DNA of 64,000 nucleotides from Escherichia phage JN02: sequence record MT782071.1; one strand, 5' to 3'. Shown piece by piece: positions 35,109 to 43,360 of this stretch (position 1 is its first letter; each line of letters starts with the position of its first letter). The notes under the pieces were generated by a model. It saw only the letters and a program-made list of their open reading frames with translations, ran no database searches and was not told where the DNA came from. The position numbers and the translations under genes were made by a program.

Positions 35109-35794
35109 TACCAGCCTTCCATAGGGAATTCCAGATAAACTTGAGCATTGACACGAATTTCATTGGTAATCTTTTTAACTCGGTCTGTATTACGAGATAC
35201 ACGTCCGAACCAACGCCATCCATTACTAATTGCACGAGAACCAGTGTGCCATGTTTGCCAATCAAACTGAAGAAGAGTACGGTCCGGAGCTTCCCATTTC
35301 TCTAGTTCACCTTTTTCAATTTTTTCTAGGACTTCTTTGTGCCACTGGCGATAGATAAGTTCGCCATCAGGAATCTGACTGAACTCTGCAGTTCCTGTTG
35401 CAAAATGAGTAGGACACACATCAGCGTTAACAAGACCAAGAATATGTTCAGACAAATAGCGAGGATTGTCATAATCAGGTTGTCCTGCAGTAATAAAGTG
35501 TTGACCAACTGGAATATCAGGGCGTGGTACGTCATCATGGTGATATCCAGGAATAGCAGGATACCAACCAGGCATCAGCATGTGGACTCGTGAATCAAAT
35601 ACAACCTGGTCAGTGTTCCAATCATCTGGCAAGTTCATGATGAAGCTACGAGTAATTGGGCCGCCATTATTAAAAGCAAAATTCAAATCGCAGTTAAAGA
35701 ACATAGGCTCGTTTTTAATCCGATCGTTTTTAATCGCATGAGCAAAACCACCTACTGCACGAGCTTGACTATTAAACACTTTAGAACTATTCAT
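35108..35794 (-). CDS. Hypothetical protein (228 aa)
   Basis: Track ORF; His/Asp-rich segment (PGYHHDDVPRPD) and several Trp; no fold assigned. Confidence 0.65.
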   Translation of the reverse strand: MNSSKVFNSQARAVGGFAHAIKNDRIKNEPMFFNCDLNFAFNNGGPITRSFIMNLPDDWNTDQVVFDSRVHMLMPGWYPAIPGYHHDDVPRPDIPVGQHFITAGQPDYDNPRYLSEHILGLVNADVCPTHFATGTAEFSQIPDGELIYRQWHKEVLEKIEKGELEKWEAPDRTLLQFDWQTWHTGSRAISNGWRWFGRVSRNTDRVKKITNEIRVNAQVYLEFPMEGW

Positions 35795-35795
35795 A

Positions 35796-36101
35796 TTATT
35801 TTCCTCGACATTCTTTAATGAAATTTTCTAGATTGGTAGATTCAATAGCTTTTTTACGAGCTTCCGCGTGTTCTTCTTCGGACAATTTACGTTTATAATT
35901 GACCCAGACATTATGGTCGAAACCAGTCGTGGCATATAATAACAATGCTCCAACGAATAGCAAAAACGGCGATAAGAATACAAAACCAGGAACACCATCC
36001 ATATCGTAAGCCTTTTGTAATACTGCAACAGAAAGGGTTGCGTAAAAAGGCGATGCAAGTATTGTTAAAAGACCGATTCGATTGGTTTCTGTTAATTTCA
36101 T
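35796..36101 (-). CDS. Membrane protein, FIKECR C-terminal family
   Basis: 101 aa; two TM-like segments; C-terminus TNLENFIKECRGK. Confidence 0.6.
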   Translation of the reverse strand: MKLTETNRIGLLTILASPFYATLSVAVLQKAYDMDGVPGFVFLSPFLLFVGALLLYATTGFDHNVWVNYKRKLSEEEHAEARKKAIESTNLENFIKECRGK

Positions 36102-36157
36102 AATATTCTCCTCAAGTTGATAGGACTACTATAACATGGCCCTATCAGTTTGTACAC

Positions 36158-36358
36158 TTATTTTGACATTTCTTCGATGTCACGACGATACCCATCACGA
36201 ACTTCACGAAGAGCTTCAAGGCCACACATAGGCTCGATACCAGTAATGTGAACTTGATTAATCTGATACTCTACATCTTCTAACTGAGCGAAAACATAAC
36301 GACGTTCTGCTGCACAACCAGGTTTAGCTTTACCGAAACGTTTATTCAAAGTAGTCAT
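36158..36358 (-). CDS. Hypothetical protein
   Basis: Track ORF 36158..36376; ATG at 36358 preceded by GGAGAT. Confidence 0.55.
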   Translation of the reverse strand: MTTLNKRFGKAKPGCAAERRYVFAQLEDVEYQINQVHITGIEPMCGLEALREVRDGYRRDIEEMSK

Positions 36359-36438
36359 TTTTATATCTCCATTCACTCATTTGTTTTGATAGGTCTATAG
36401 TATCAACAACTACAGACCTTGTAAACTGTTTTGTGAAA

Positions 36439-37395
36439 TTATTTGAAAGGTTTTACCATATGGAAATTTTGTTTGAAACGTTTTACGTAATCGTTGTGTC
36501 CTAAGCTTTGGTACATACTTACAACTTTGCTGTAGTTTTCCCAGGCGTATTCACGGAACCAACCGGAGGTGATGCTTGTGCAGACTTTTTCTAATGCCAT
36601 CATGAAACTGGCTTCAGGGTTAATTTCAAAGTTATTAGGAATCTGAGAACGTTCTAACGCTAGTACACATGATTCTTCGTATACACCGGCCAATTTGACC
36701 ATTTCTGGTAATGATTCGAACTTCTCGCGTGAGGTCATGACTTCAGAACCATCTTTCATATAAAATGTATACGCTGGACGGTCTGTTAGCGCAATGGCTT
36801 CATGAATAGTATCATGGTCATATGTATAGATGTCATCTTTAAAGAACGCACTTTTAGAAGTGTCAAGAACTGGGTGAGCATAGTTCAAGGTTTCTTTCTG
36901 GCGTTTCAGCATAATTTCAGTAAGTTCATCGTTCAGTGTAACACCTTTACCACGAAGATACTGAATATGGTTCATAGTCTTTAAAAAGAATGGATTATTT
37001 TTCTTGAAACGATGAGACATCTTAATTGCAAGACATATCTCAGGAGTTGCCCAATAAAACCCGTTCAAACGGTCTTTAGTCAAATTTTTCTTGGCGTATT
37101 TTAAAAGGTCATAAGAAGACGTGAAATCTTCAGGAGTGAGTTCACCTACTAATTCACGGACATTAGTGATTGCCGGAACAATATATGCTTCAAAATGAGT
37201 TTCGCGTCCATTATGGAAGCATTTGAAAACTTGGACATCAGGGTTATCTTGATGAACATATACACCCATCATTTGATTTTTGAATGCATTCCAAGAACCT
37301 TGGTCTGCAATAAAGTCCCAGTCACTATTTTTGATAGCGTTAGAATCAATAAGACCGTGATAGTGAAGTGCACGAGAACCAATAACTAACATCAT
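36439..37395 (-). CDS. Nucleotidyltransferase-like protein (318 aa)
   Basis: N-terminus VIGSRALHYHGLIDSNAIKNSDWDFI fits a degenerate GS-x(n)-[DE]-x-[DE] NTase signature; weaker than for the 22807..23796 protein. Confidence 0.5.
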   Translation of the reverse strand: MMLVIGSRALHYHGLIDSNAIKNSDWDFIADQGSWNAFKNQMMGVYVHQDNPDVQVFKCFHNGRETHFEAYIVPAITNVRELVGELTPEDFTSSYDLLKYAKKNLTKDRLNGFYWATPEICLAIKMSHRFKKNNPFFLKTMNHIQYLRGKGVTLNDELTEIMLKRQKETLNYAHPVLDTSKSAFFKDDIYTYDHDTIHEAIALTDRPAYTFYMKDGSEVMTSREKFESLPEMVKLAGVYEESCVLALERSQIPNNFEINPEASFMMALEKVCTSITSGWFREYAWENYSKVVSMYQSLGHNDYVKRFKQNFHMVKPFK

Positions 37396-37423
37396 AATAT
37401 TTTCCTCGGATTAATTCATTAAC

Positions 37424-37663
37424 TTAAATTTCACGACATGCGATATTATATTCATCCCAGAGGTCATCATGTGAAGCCTCTACCAATGGAACGATTGTAC
37501 CATTTATGTCTTCATTATAAGGGCAAATTGTGCAGTGTGCATCTTCAAATCGGATGCCTTTGTGTTCAGATTTTTTATAACGCATATCGAATATCTTTGC
37601 AAACTTTTCACGAGTAACGGTTTTAGCAACCACTTCGGTTCCAATACTTTCGTAATAAATCAT
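37424..37663 (-). CDS. Hypothetical protein (79 aa)
   Basis: Track ORF with ATG start; Cys/His-containing (HCTICPYNEDINGT); early promoter upstream. Confidence 0.6.
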   Translation of the reverse strand: MIYYESIGTEVVAKTVTREKFAKIFDMRYKKSEHKGIRFEDAHCTICPYNEDINGTIVPLVEASHDDLWDEYNIACREI

Positions 37664-37691
37664 TGTGGACTCCGTTTAATTTGATAGGACT

Positions 37692-37720
37692 ACTATAACA
37701 TAGTCCTATCTTGTTGTAAA
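37692..37720 (-). promoter_or_regulatory. T4-type early promoter with palindrome flanking the -10
   Basis: Minus strand TTTACA, 17 nt, TATAGT; GATAGGACT and AGTCCTATC arms flank the -10; the element TATAGTAGTCCTATCAA recurs at ~36117, ~41091 and ~44745. Confidence 0.65.
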
Positions 37721-37725
37721 CTGTT

Positions 37726-37923
37726 TTAGCAAGAATAACTAGATGATACCCAGCCTTGAACAGTGATACTATTGTTGGATAATGATATCGCGTTCTGGAG
37801 ATTCAGACCTGCGTTATCTTCAATCCATAATGTAACTTCTTCGCGTTCTTCTGTTGCAATTTGGAACAGGTTTTCCAGGGCAGCTACTGCCGTACGTACA
37901 GCACAATCTAATTCACGAGACAT
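37726..37923 (-). CDS. Small protein, C-terminal ...SSxxC family (65 aa)
   Basis: Ends GWVSSSYSC; first of three tandem paralogs. Confidence 0.6.
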   Translation of the reverse strand: MSRELDCAVRTAVAALENLFQIATEEREEVTLWIEDNAGLNLQNAISLSNNSITVQGWVSSSYSC

Positions 37924-37932
37924 ATGATTTCC

Positions 37933-38205
37933 TTAGCAAGTGTGAGAAGATGCAATCCAACCACCAGTTTCGAGGCTCAGGTTGTAGTCGTATTGGTAAA
38001 CGTCGGCCCATTCAGCATAGCCGTTTTTTGTACAACGTTCAAGATCGGCTTTAAGCTGTCCGGGTGAATGATAAGTTCCACCCATACCATAAGCTGGATA
38101 CAAGTCGAATGTTGTGTTTTGTTTATCAGCGATTTCTTTGGCAGCCTCAATAGCTGCATAGATTTTTGCTACAGCTTCAGCCAGTTCGGTTTGTTCTTTA
38201 GACAT
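37933..38205 (-). CDS. Small protein, C-terminal ...SSxxC family (90 aa)
   Basis: Ends GWIASSHTC; shares a helical N-terminal region and YGMGGTYHSPG core with the next ORF. Confidence 0.6.
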   Translation of the reverse strand: MSKEQTELAEAVAKIYAAIEAAKEIADKQNTTFDLYPAYGMGGTYHSPGQLKADLERCTKNGYAEWADVYQYDYNLSLETGGWIASSHTC

Positions 38206-38214
38206 AATGATTCC

Positions 38215-38520
38215 TTAGCACAAAGCAGAAGACGAAACCCAAGCACCTTCAGTAATAACGTAACCATTACCTTCACGCTTAACATCGCCACCATTATTTT
38301 CAATTTCATTTTTCATCCACTGGGATACGATTTCACCCTTAGGATAATAAGTACGACCGCTACCATAATCACCTACAGAAAATGATACGGCATATTGGTC
38401 TGCGATCTTTGTTGCTTCTTCTTCGATACGTTCAGCTTGATTCAGAAGTTTATAAATTGCATCTGAAGCGGATTTGGCATCGTTAAACTCTGGTACTTTA
38501 ATTTCAATAATCTTACTCAT
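38215..38520 (-). CDS. Small protein, C-terminal ...SSxxC family (101 aa)
   Basis: Ends AWVSSSALC; DYGSGRTYYPKG core. Confidence 0.6.
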   Translation of the reverse strand: MSKIIEIKVPEFNDAKSASDAIYKLLNQAERIEEEATKIADQYAVSFSVGDYGSGRTYYPKGEIVSQWMKNEIENNGGDVKREGNGYVITEGAWVSSSALC

Positions 38521-38876
38521 TTTCTACATTCCTTAATAAAGTTTTCGATTGTTTCATTTTCACGTTTAGCTAGAAGTTCATTATAACTAACCATTTGAGA
38601 AGCGTAAACCTTTTTATTTTTCTTGTTATGGTTTATAAAATCGTAGTAAAAATAGACTACAGTACAAAATGATGCGATGGATGCAAAGGCTTGGGTATAC
38701 CGTAAGTCCTGCCATTGGTCTGTGAATCCATCGGTGTTCCCTATAAATCCTAACACAACGCCGTCAATAAGAAATCCAACTAATCCAAAGGCAAATCCCA
38801 TGCCAATACTCATAATAAAAATTAGAATGTTCTCACCAAGAGAAGGCCGTACGGTTAAGAGTTGAGGCTTTTGCAT
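38517..38876 (-). CDS. Membrane protein, FIKECR C-terminal family
   Basis: 119 aa; TM-like segments; C-terminus ETIENFIKECRK; ATG with AAGGAAA SD. Confidence 0.6.
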   Translation of the reverse strand: MQKPQLLTVRPSLGENILIFIMSIGMGFAFGLVGFLIDGVVLGFIGNTDGFTDQWQDLRYTQAFASIASFCTVVYFYYDFINHNKKNKKVYASQMVSYNELLAKRENETIENFIKECRK

Positions 38877-39250
38877 CTTATTTCCTTAACGAATTCCATA
38901 GCTTCTTCGTATTCATACTTTTTAACAGCTTCATTATACTGAGCTTGGGCTTTTGCGCACTGAACTTTCCATTCTCTTAATCGGGCTCTGTGATGACGTC
39001 CTTGGTACCAATATCCTACCCAATTAATAGGCATTAATAAAAACGGTACAATAAGTGGTGCGACGAACATTAATGAAAATGTTGCGTCAGACGATATAAC
39101 TTCACTAGAATCTAAAACAGCTCCTATAATCATAAAGATTAAAAATGCTAAAGCTAAAATAGGGCCAAATAGTACTTCGTTTGGGATTAATTTACGCTTG
39201 TATTCATATGCCCAGGGCTTACTTGGCATGTACAGGGTTGGCTTTGACAT
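38855..39250 (-). CDS. Membrane protein with FVKEIRC C-terminal region
   Basis: Track ORF 38855..39280; probable start at the ATG at 39250; TM-like segments; C-terminus EEAMEFVKEIRCKSLNS. Confidence 0.5.
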   Translation of the reverse strand: MSKPTLYMPSKPWAYEYKRKLIPNEVLFGPILALAFLIFMIIGAVLDSSEVISSDATFSLMFVAPLIVPFLLMPINWVGYWYQGRHHRARLREWKVQCAKAQAQYNEAVKKYEYEEAMEFVKEIRCKSLNS

Positions 39251-39815
39251 ATTCTCTACATTCCATAATAAATTGCTCAAGGATTAAATTGTTAGTGAAA
39301 TTAGGACTAACAACCATAGTTTCATAAAGCGCATCAATAGCACTTAAAGCATCAACTCTTTTAAGCAAAGGCTTGCCTTCATACATAGTTTCAGAATCGA
39401 TGATTAACGTAAAGTAATATTTTTTATTATCGACTAGAACTTCTGTATCGATATAAAACATATTAGACCTCAGAAGCTTATCTCTAAAACCATAATAATC
39501 TTCAGAGCGTTCGCTGATATATTCCAATTCAGTGTTTAAACAACAAACAGACCACGTAGGAGCAACGAAATCAGTGAATCTAATATCATGGTCTGCAACT
39601 AGTTTAGCAATAGCTCCGATATCATGAATCATAATACCTGGGGCTAATAAAGATTTTCGGTTATTTGCATATTCAGTTGTCTCATAAGAAGACGACCAGT
39701 ACCATTTACGTCCAGTTGCAACATATCGTAATGAATCAACTAAAGACGTAGGTGGATTTACCTTATTTCGGAACTCTTCGAACATTGAGTCAATATCATT
39801 ATTTTGGTTTCGCAT
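39219..39815 (-). CDS. Hypothetical protein (198 aa) with FIMECR-containing C-terminus
   Basis: Track ORF 39219..39836; ATG at 39815 with AAGGAG SD; C-terminus LILEQFIMECREYVKANPVHAK. Confidence 0.6.
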   Translation of the reverse strand: MRNQNNDIDSMFEEFRNKVNPPTSLVDSLRYVATGRKWYWSSSYETTEYANNRKSLLAPGIMIHDIGAIAKLVADHDIRFTDFVAPTWSVCCLNTELEYISERSEDYYGFRDKLLRSNMFYIDTEVLVDNKKYYFTLIIDSETMYEGKPLLKRVDALSAIDALYETMVVSPNFTNNLILEQFIMECREYVKANPVHAK

Positions 39816-39864
39816 GTTAACTCCTTTATTATCCAAAAGGAGGACCGGAGTCCTCCGTATTATT

Positions 39865-40458
39865 TTATTTCAAAGAGTTAATATATTCTTGTACATCAGC
39901 AGAAGTGGTTTCGACACCAGCTGGAGTGCCATTGAACGTTTCAACACGAGTCAGAGTGTCTTCGATATCAACCTTAGTCAGTGCAGCGATTTCAATTACA
40001 TCATCAGCCGTAGAGATACCAAGGGCATTGGCTGCTCGAGTTTCACGAATGTATTCGAGTTTGATTGCCAGGTTCTGACGAGCATCATCAAGTTCAACCA
40101 CCTTACGAGCAATTTCAATTCGCATAGCAGCATACCCATCAGCTTTTGTATTAAGTTGTTCGGCAGTTCGACGATACAGAAGACCAAGCTTAGCATGCAT
40201 GGTAACATCTTGTCCTTCAGCCATGAGCTTACGAATTTCACGTTCCTTAGAAGCGGCTTGTTTGTTCTTTTCATTAACAAGTTCGCGAATACGTTTTTCT
40301 TCATTAATAGATTTAACAGAAGCCGTTTTTAGTTCTTTGATCTGGGTAATCAACTTATCTGCAGCTGCGTTATACTGTTCTTCGACAGTCAGATTTTTAG
40401 CCATAGCAGTACCCAGTTTAGTGCGGATGAATTCAACAAGTTTCTTCAGTGTGTTCAT
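39865..40458 (-). CDS. Coiled-coil protein (197 aa)
   Basis: Track ORF 39865..40473; ATG at 40458 with SD; extended heptad-rich helical sequence. Confidence 0.6.
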   Translation of the reverse strand: MNTLKKLVEFIRTKLGTAMAKNLTVEEQYNAAADKLITQIKELKTASVKSINEEKRIRELVNEKNKQAASKEREIRKLMAEGQDVTMHAKLGLLYRRTAEQLNTKADGYAAMRIEIARKVVELDDARQNLAIKLEYIRETRAANALGISTADDVIEIAALTKVDIEDTLTRVETFNGTPAGVETTSADVQEYINSLK

Positions 40459-40499
40459 ATTATTACCTTTCAATTGGTGGTTTATTATCCAATGAGAGC

Positions 40500-40528
40500 A
40501 TTATACTCTACTCTCAAGAGTTTGTACA
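40500..40528 (-). promoter_or_regulatory. T4-type early promoter
   Basis: Minus strand TGTACA, 17 nt, TATAAT; spacer nearly identical to the promoter at 10296-10324 (duplicated promoter cassette). Confidence 0.6.
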
Positions 40529-40529
40529 C

Positions 40530-40811
40530 TTATTTGTACGAATTAATAATCTCTTCCATTTTATCCAGAACATGGATATCGATTATACGAGGAAGTGCCG
40601 AAAGATTAGAACCGTCGAAAGATTTAAGGTCTTCCAAAATAATATTTTCAATGGCCTTTAAAGCTTCCGCAGATTCTGATGCAGAATTAAATTCAGGAAT
40701 TTCTCCAAAAAGACGTAAGAATGAACCAAAGTATTCTACGGCGATTTCTTTAGCTTGTTCGATATCAGACTTAAACATTTTGTTTTCCTCATTTGTTGGT
40801 GGAGTAATCAT
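40530..40811 (-). CDS. Hypothetical protein (93 aa)
   Basis: Track ORF; acidic. Confidence 0.6.
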   Translation of the reverse strand: MITPPTNEENKMFKSDIEQAKEIAVEYFGSFLRLFGEIPEFNSASESAEALKAIENIILEDLKSFDGSNLSALPRIIDIHVLDKMEEIINSYK

Positions 40812-40835
40812 ATCACCATCCTTGGCGTTTGTACA

Positions 40836-41063
40836 TTATTTTTTAATCAAGTTGACATAAAATTCTGCATCTTCAGGGTGCATGCCTTCGCAGTATTCTT
40901 CAACCATGAACTTCTTAACGGCTTCATAAGGACCACTCAGATTAAGCTCAGTTGTCCAGAACTTGGAATCTTGGACTGAATCGATACGAACTTCAGGGTG
41001 ACGGTTGCGAATAACTTCTTCGGTGTATTCATAATCAACGACATCAATACTAACTTTAGCCAT
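40836..41063 (-). CDS. Hypothetical protein (75 aa)
   Basis: Track ORF. Confidence 0.6.
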   Translation of the reverse strand: MAKVSIDVVDYEYTEEVIRNRHPEVRIDSVQDSKFWTTELNLSGPYEAVKKFMVEEYCEGMHPEDAEFYVNLIKK

Positions 41064-41109
41064 TTTGTTTTCCTCTTGATTTGATAGGACTACTATAACA
41101 TAAACTTAC

Positions 41110-41274
41110 TTAGATGTAAATTATTTCAACGTCACCTTTAGCTGCTTTATAACCTTCAGCCCAAGATACAACAGAGTTTTTATCTGAGGATTCAAATTCA
41201 GGCATTGGACTTTCACCAATATTCACACAGTATGTTTCTTCATTTTCATCGAACCAAATAATTAAAGTAGTCAT
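41110..41274 (-). CDS. Small hypothetical protein (54 aa, below track threshold)
   Basis: Manual translation MTTLIIWFDENEETYCVNIGESPMPEFESSDKNSVVSWAEGYKAAKGDVEIIYI; AGGAG SD upstream. Confidence 0.35.
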   Translation of the reverse strand: MTTLIIWFDENEETYCVNIGESPMPEFESSDKNSVVSWAEGYKAAKGDVEIIYI

Positions 41275-41341
41275 TTTGTTTACTCCTCTGTAGTTGATAA
41301 GTCTATAGTATCACCATCCTTGGTGCTTGTACATCATTATT

Positions 41342-41647
41342 TTAATTTTTCCAACTTAACAACTTGTAGTGTCCTTCATTCATACGTGGTTTATCCCAAG
41401 AAATACTAATATATGATTCACTGTCAATAGAAGTCGCCGGGTTTTTCTCTACCGTAAGACCTTCACTTTCCAGCCATTCAATAGTATTTGCGCATAAATC
41501 TGAAGAACACCTAATCGGAAACCGGCAAGATTTTTCACCTTTAGCTGCAGTGTTATACATCTTTTCTAAAATACGCTTTTGCACGTTTTTAAAAATAGTT
41601 TCAGCAGATTCTTCAGATTTTTTATTCAGTTCAGTGTAAAGACTCAT
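41342..41647 (-). CDS. Hypothetical protein (101 aa)
   Basis: Track ORF; contains a CRFPIRCSSDLC segment. Confidence 0.6.
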   Translation of the reverse strand: MSLYTELNKKSEESAETIFKNVQKRILEKMYNTAAKGEKSCRFPIRCSSDLCANTIEWLESEGLTVEKNPATSIDSESYISISWDKPRMNEGHYKLLSWKN

Positions 41648-41736
41648 AATATTCTCCCCATGTTTTGATAGGTCTATAGTAACACATCTAGGGAAGAAGT
41701 AAACAACTTTTTCAGTAAGTTATAGACCCCCTAAAG

Positions 41737-41763
41737 GGACCCGAAGGTCCCCATTCTTTACTT
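41737..41763 (-). repeat. Conserved 3' hairpin element, copy 2 (GGGACC-cgaa-GGTCCC core)
   Basis: Same ~27-nt sequence as at 22479-22505, again overlapping or abutting the stop codon of a gene driven by a late promoter. Confidence 0.6.
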
Positions 41764-42384
41764 ACGAGTTTTTGCATACTGAGCAGCGTCAGCAGCCAAA
41801 CGACCTGCCTGACGAAGTTTTTCTTTAATCGCATCGTGAAGTGGTTGAGTATACTTCAAACCTTCGATAGTCAAATAAAGACGATAAAGGTCTGGGGTAT
41901 CAAGGTTGTTGATATGTTGGCCATTGCGAAGAATATTGAATTCACGAACGAGTGAAGATGTATCGGATTCAATATCGCGAACAAGCGAAGATAGTTGTTT
42001 ATATTTTTTTTCCAGGCTAGAAGTATCAAACTTAAGAGCAGGAGCTTTAGGAGTTGCTTTTACTTCAGGCTTAGGCTCAGGTTTTGCTATTGCTTTAGGG
42101 GCCGCAGGTTTAGGAATGGTAGGAGCAGGTTTTACTTTAGGCGAACCAGATTTAGCAGGAACACCACCACTAACAATATCTTTGAATGCTTTAGAAGCTC
42201 TGTAATATTCTTTTTGGCTCGAAGTGTCGATACCGTACATGGCTTGAACGTTTTTGAAAAACTCTGTACTAGTTTTTGTACCAGAAATAGCATCATAAGC
42301 AGCTCGCCATTTCTCTTTTGTCATACGTACACCGGCTTCGGTGATTACTTCCGTTTCGGCTAAAAATTCATTAAAAGTATACAT
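41758..42384 (-). CDS. Internal-protein-like head protein with CTS-like N-terminus and Pro/Lys/Ala-rich linker (208 aa)
   Basis: N-terminus MYTFNEFLAETE resembles the T4 capsid-targeting sequence; central PKVKPAPTIPKPAAPKAIAKPEPKPEVKATPKAP low-complexity stretch; late promoter upstream. Confidence 0.55.
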   Translation of the reverse strand: MYTFNEFLAETEVITEAGVRMTKEKWRAAYDAISGTKTSTEFFKNVQAMYGIDTSSQKEYYRASKAFKDIVSGGVPAKSGSPKVKPAPTIPKPAAPKAIAKPEPKPEVKATPKAPALKFDTSSLEKKYKQLSSLVRDIESDTSSLVREFNILRNGQHINNLDTPDLYRLYLTIEGLKYTQPLHDAIKEKLRQAGRLAADAAQYAKTRK

Positions 42385-42419
42385 CGATGGTCCTTAGAAA
42401 GTAGGTTTATTGTTTACTA

Positions 42420-42427
42420 TATTTATA
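42420..42427 (-). promoter_or_regulatory. Late promoter (TATAAATA) upstream of the IP-like gene
   Basis: Minus strand TATAAATA about 36 nt upstream of the ATG at 42384, immediately after the terminator. Confidence 0.5.
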
Positions 42428-42428
42428 C

Positions 42429-42458
42429 AAAAAAAAGCCCCAACCTTTCGGAAGGGGC
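42429..42458 (-). terminator. Rho-independent terminator
   Basis: GCCCC-ttccgaaaggtt-GGGGC hairpin followed on the minus strand by T8. Confidence 0.7.
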
Positions 42459-42479
42459 TTTATACCTTGTCGGGGTTTC

Positions 42480-42760
42480 CACCTACTAGGTAAGTGTTTG
42501 TACGAAACGCCGGGATTTGAACCCGGTTATTAAGTAGTTGACGCTACTCAATATTTTTAAAAGGCCATATCTCGACCATATCCGAACGTTCCGTCAAAAA
42601 CGCCACTCGGCTTACGGCAAAGATATTTCCTCGAATCGATAATTCGGTGCGCCGTTTCTGCTGTGATGTAAGGGGATATTAACAAAACATAAAGATTTAT
42701 TAAGACCAGTCCTTACTCAGGGAACATCAGTCCGACGACTTGCCGGTAGCGACCCGGCTT
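42480..42760 (-). ncRNA. Candidate small stable RNA / tRNA-like element(s)
   Basis: ~280 nt without a protein-coding ORF, next to the tRNA genes; contains a tRNA-like T-arm CCGGG-TTCAAAT-CCCGG and several GC-rich stems, but I could not fold a canonical cloverleaf; T4 carries two stable RNAs of unknown function in its tRNA cluster. Confidence 0.3.
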
Positions 42761-42761
42761 C

Positions 42762-43106
42762 TTATTTTGGCATATCATCAATTTGCTCTCGACGCCGACG
42801 CCATAGATTAATCGCTTCATAAACACATTCAGCATTTGGTATATGGCGACAATAGTACAGTGATTCACGTTTCTGGAACCGATGTTGCAATGGGATTTCG
42901 TTTAAAAGGTCTTTACGGTCAAAGTATTCAAAACTAGTTAACCCGGAACGGTTTTTAAGAAACTTCCAATGGCCGAATTCATTTTGGAAATAAACGTAAT
43001 CAGCGTGTTGATATAACGAATTAATCAACCGGTCGGAAATAACTGTATCCTGTTCGTTAAAATAAAACGTTAAATCATGAACTACTAGATAAATATTGCC
43101 TTTCAT
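42762..43106 (-). CDS. Hypothetical protein (~114 aa)
   Basis: Track ORF 42762..43154; its 5' extension overlaps the tRNA-Arg gene, so start set to the internal ATG (MKGNIYLVVHDL...). Confidence 0.5.
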   Translation of the reverse strand: MKGNIYLVVHDLTFYFNEQDTVISDRLINSLYQHADYVYFQNEFGHWKFLKNRSGLTSFEYFDRKDLLNEIPLQHRFQKRESLYYCRHIPNAECVYEAINLWRRRREQIDDMPK

Positions 43107-43125
43107 ATTTTCCTCACTTAAAGTT

Positions 43126-43202
<77 letters not shown>

Positions 43203-43208
43203 ATATAT

Positions 43209-43282
43209 GACCCAGACCAGATTCGAACTGGTAACCTTTCCCTTATGAGGGGACTGCTGCTAACCATTGAGCTACAGGGCCT
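43209..43282 (-). tRNA. tRNA with CAU anticodon (Ile-lysidine type or Met)
   Basis: Manual fold: acceptor GGCCCTG/CTGGGTC, anticodon loop CTCATAA, T-arm ACCAG-TTCGAAT-CTGGT; T4 encodes an AUA-reading tRNA-Ile next to tRNA-Arg. Confidence 0.65.
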
Positions 43283-43360
43283 AAATAACTTTCTATTATG
43301 AAAGGCACTTTAGAGCACCTTTGGTAATAGAGGGTATGAATTAATAATAACACATAATTC

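Noticed and set aside
39865-40473. Coiled-coil protein as PspA/IM30 homolog
   Set aside because: Only generic heptad character; the N-terminal PspA signature is absent.
39814-40860. Plus-strand ORFs of 172 and 128 aa
   Set aside because: Antisense to minus-strand genes that have promoters and SDs; Ser/Phe-rich low-complexity translations.
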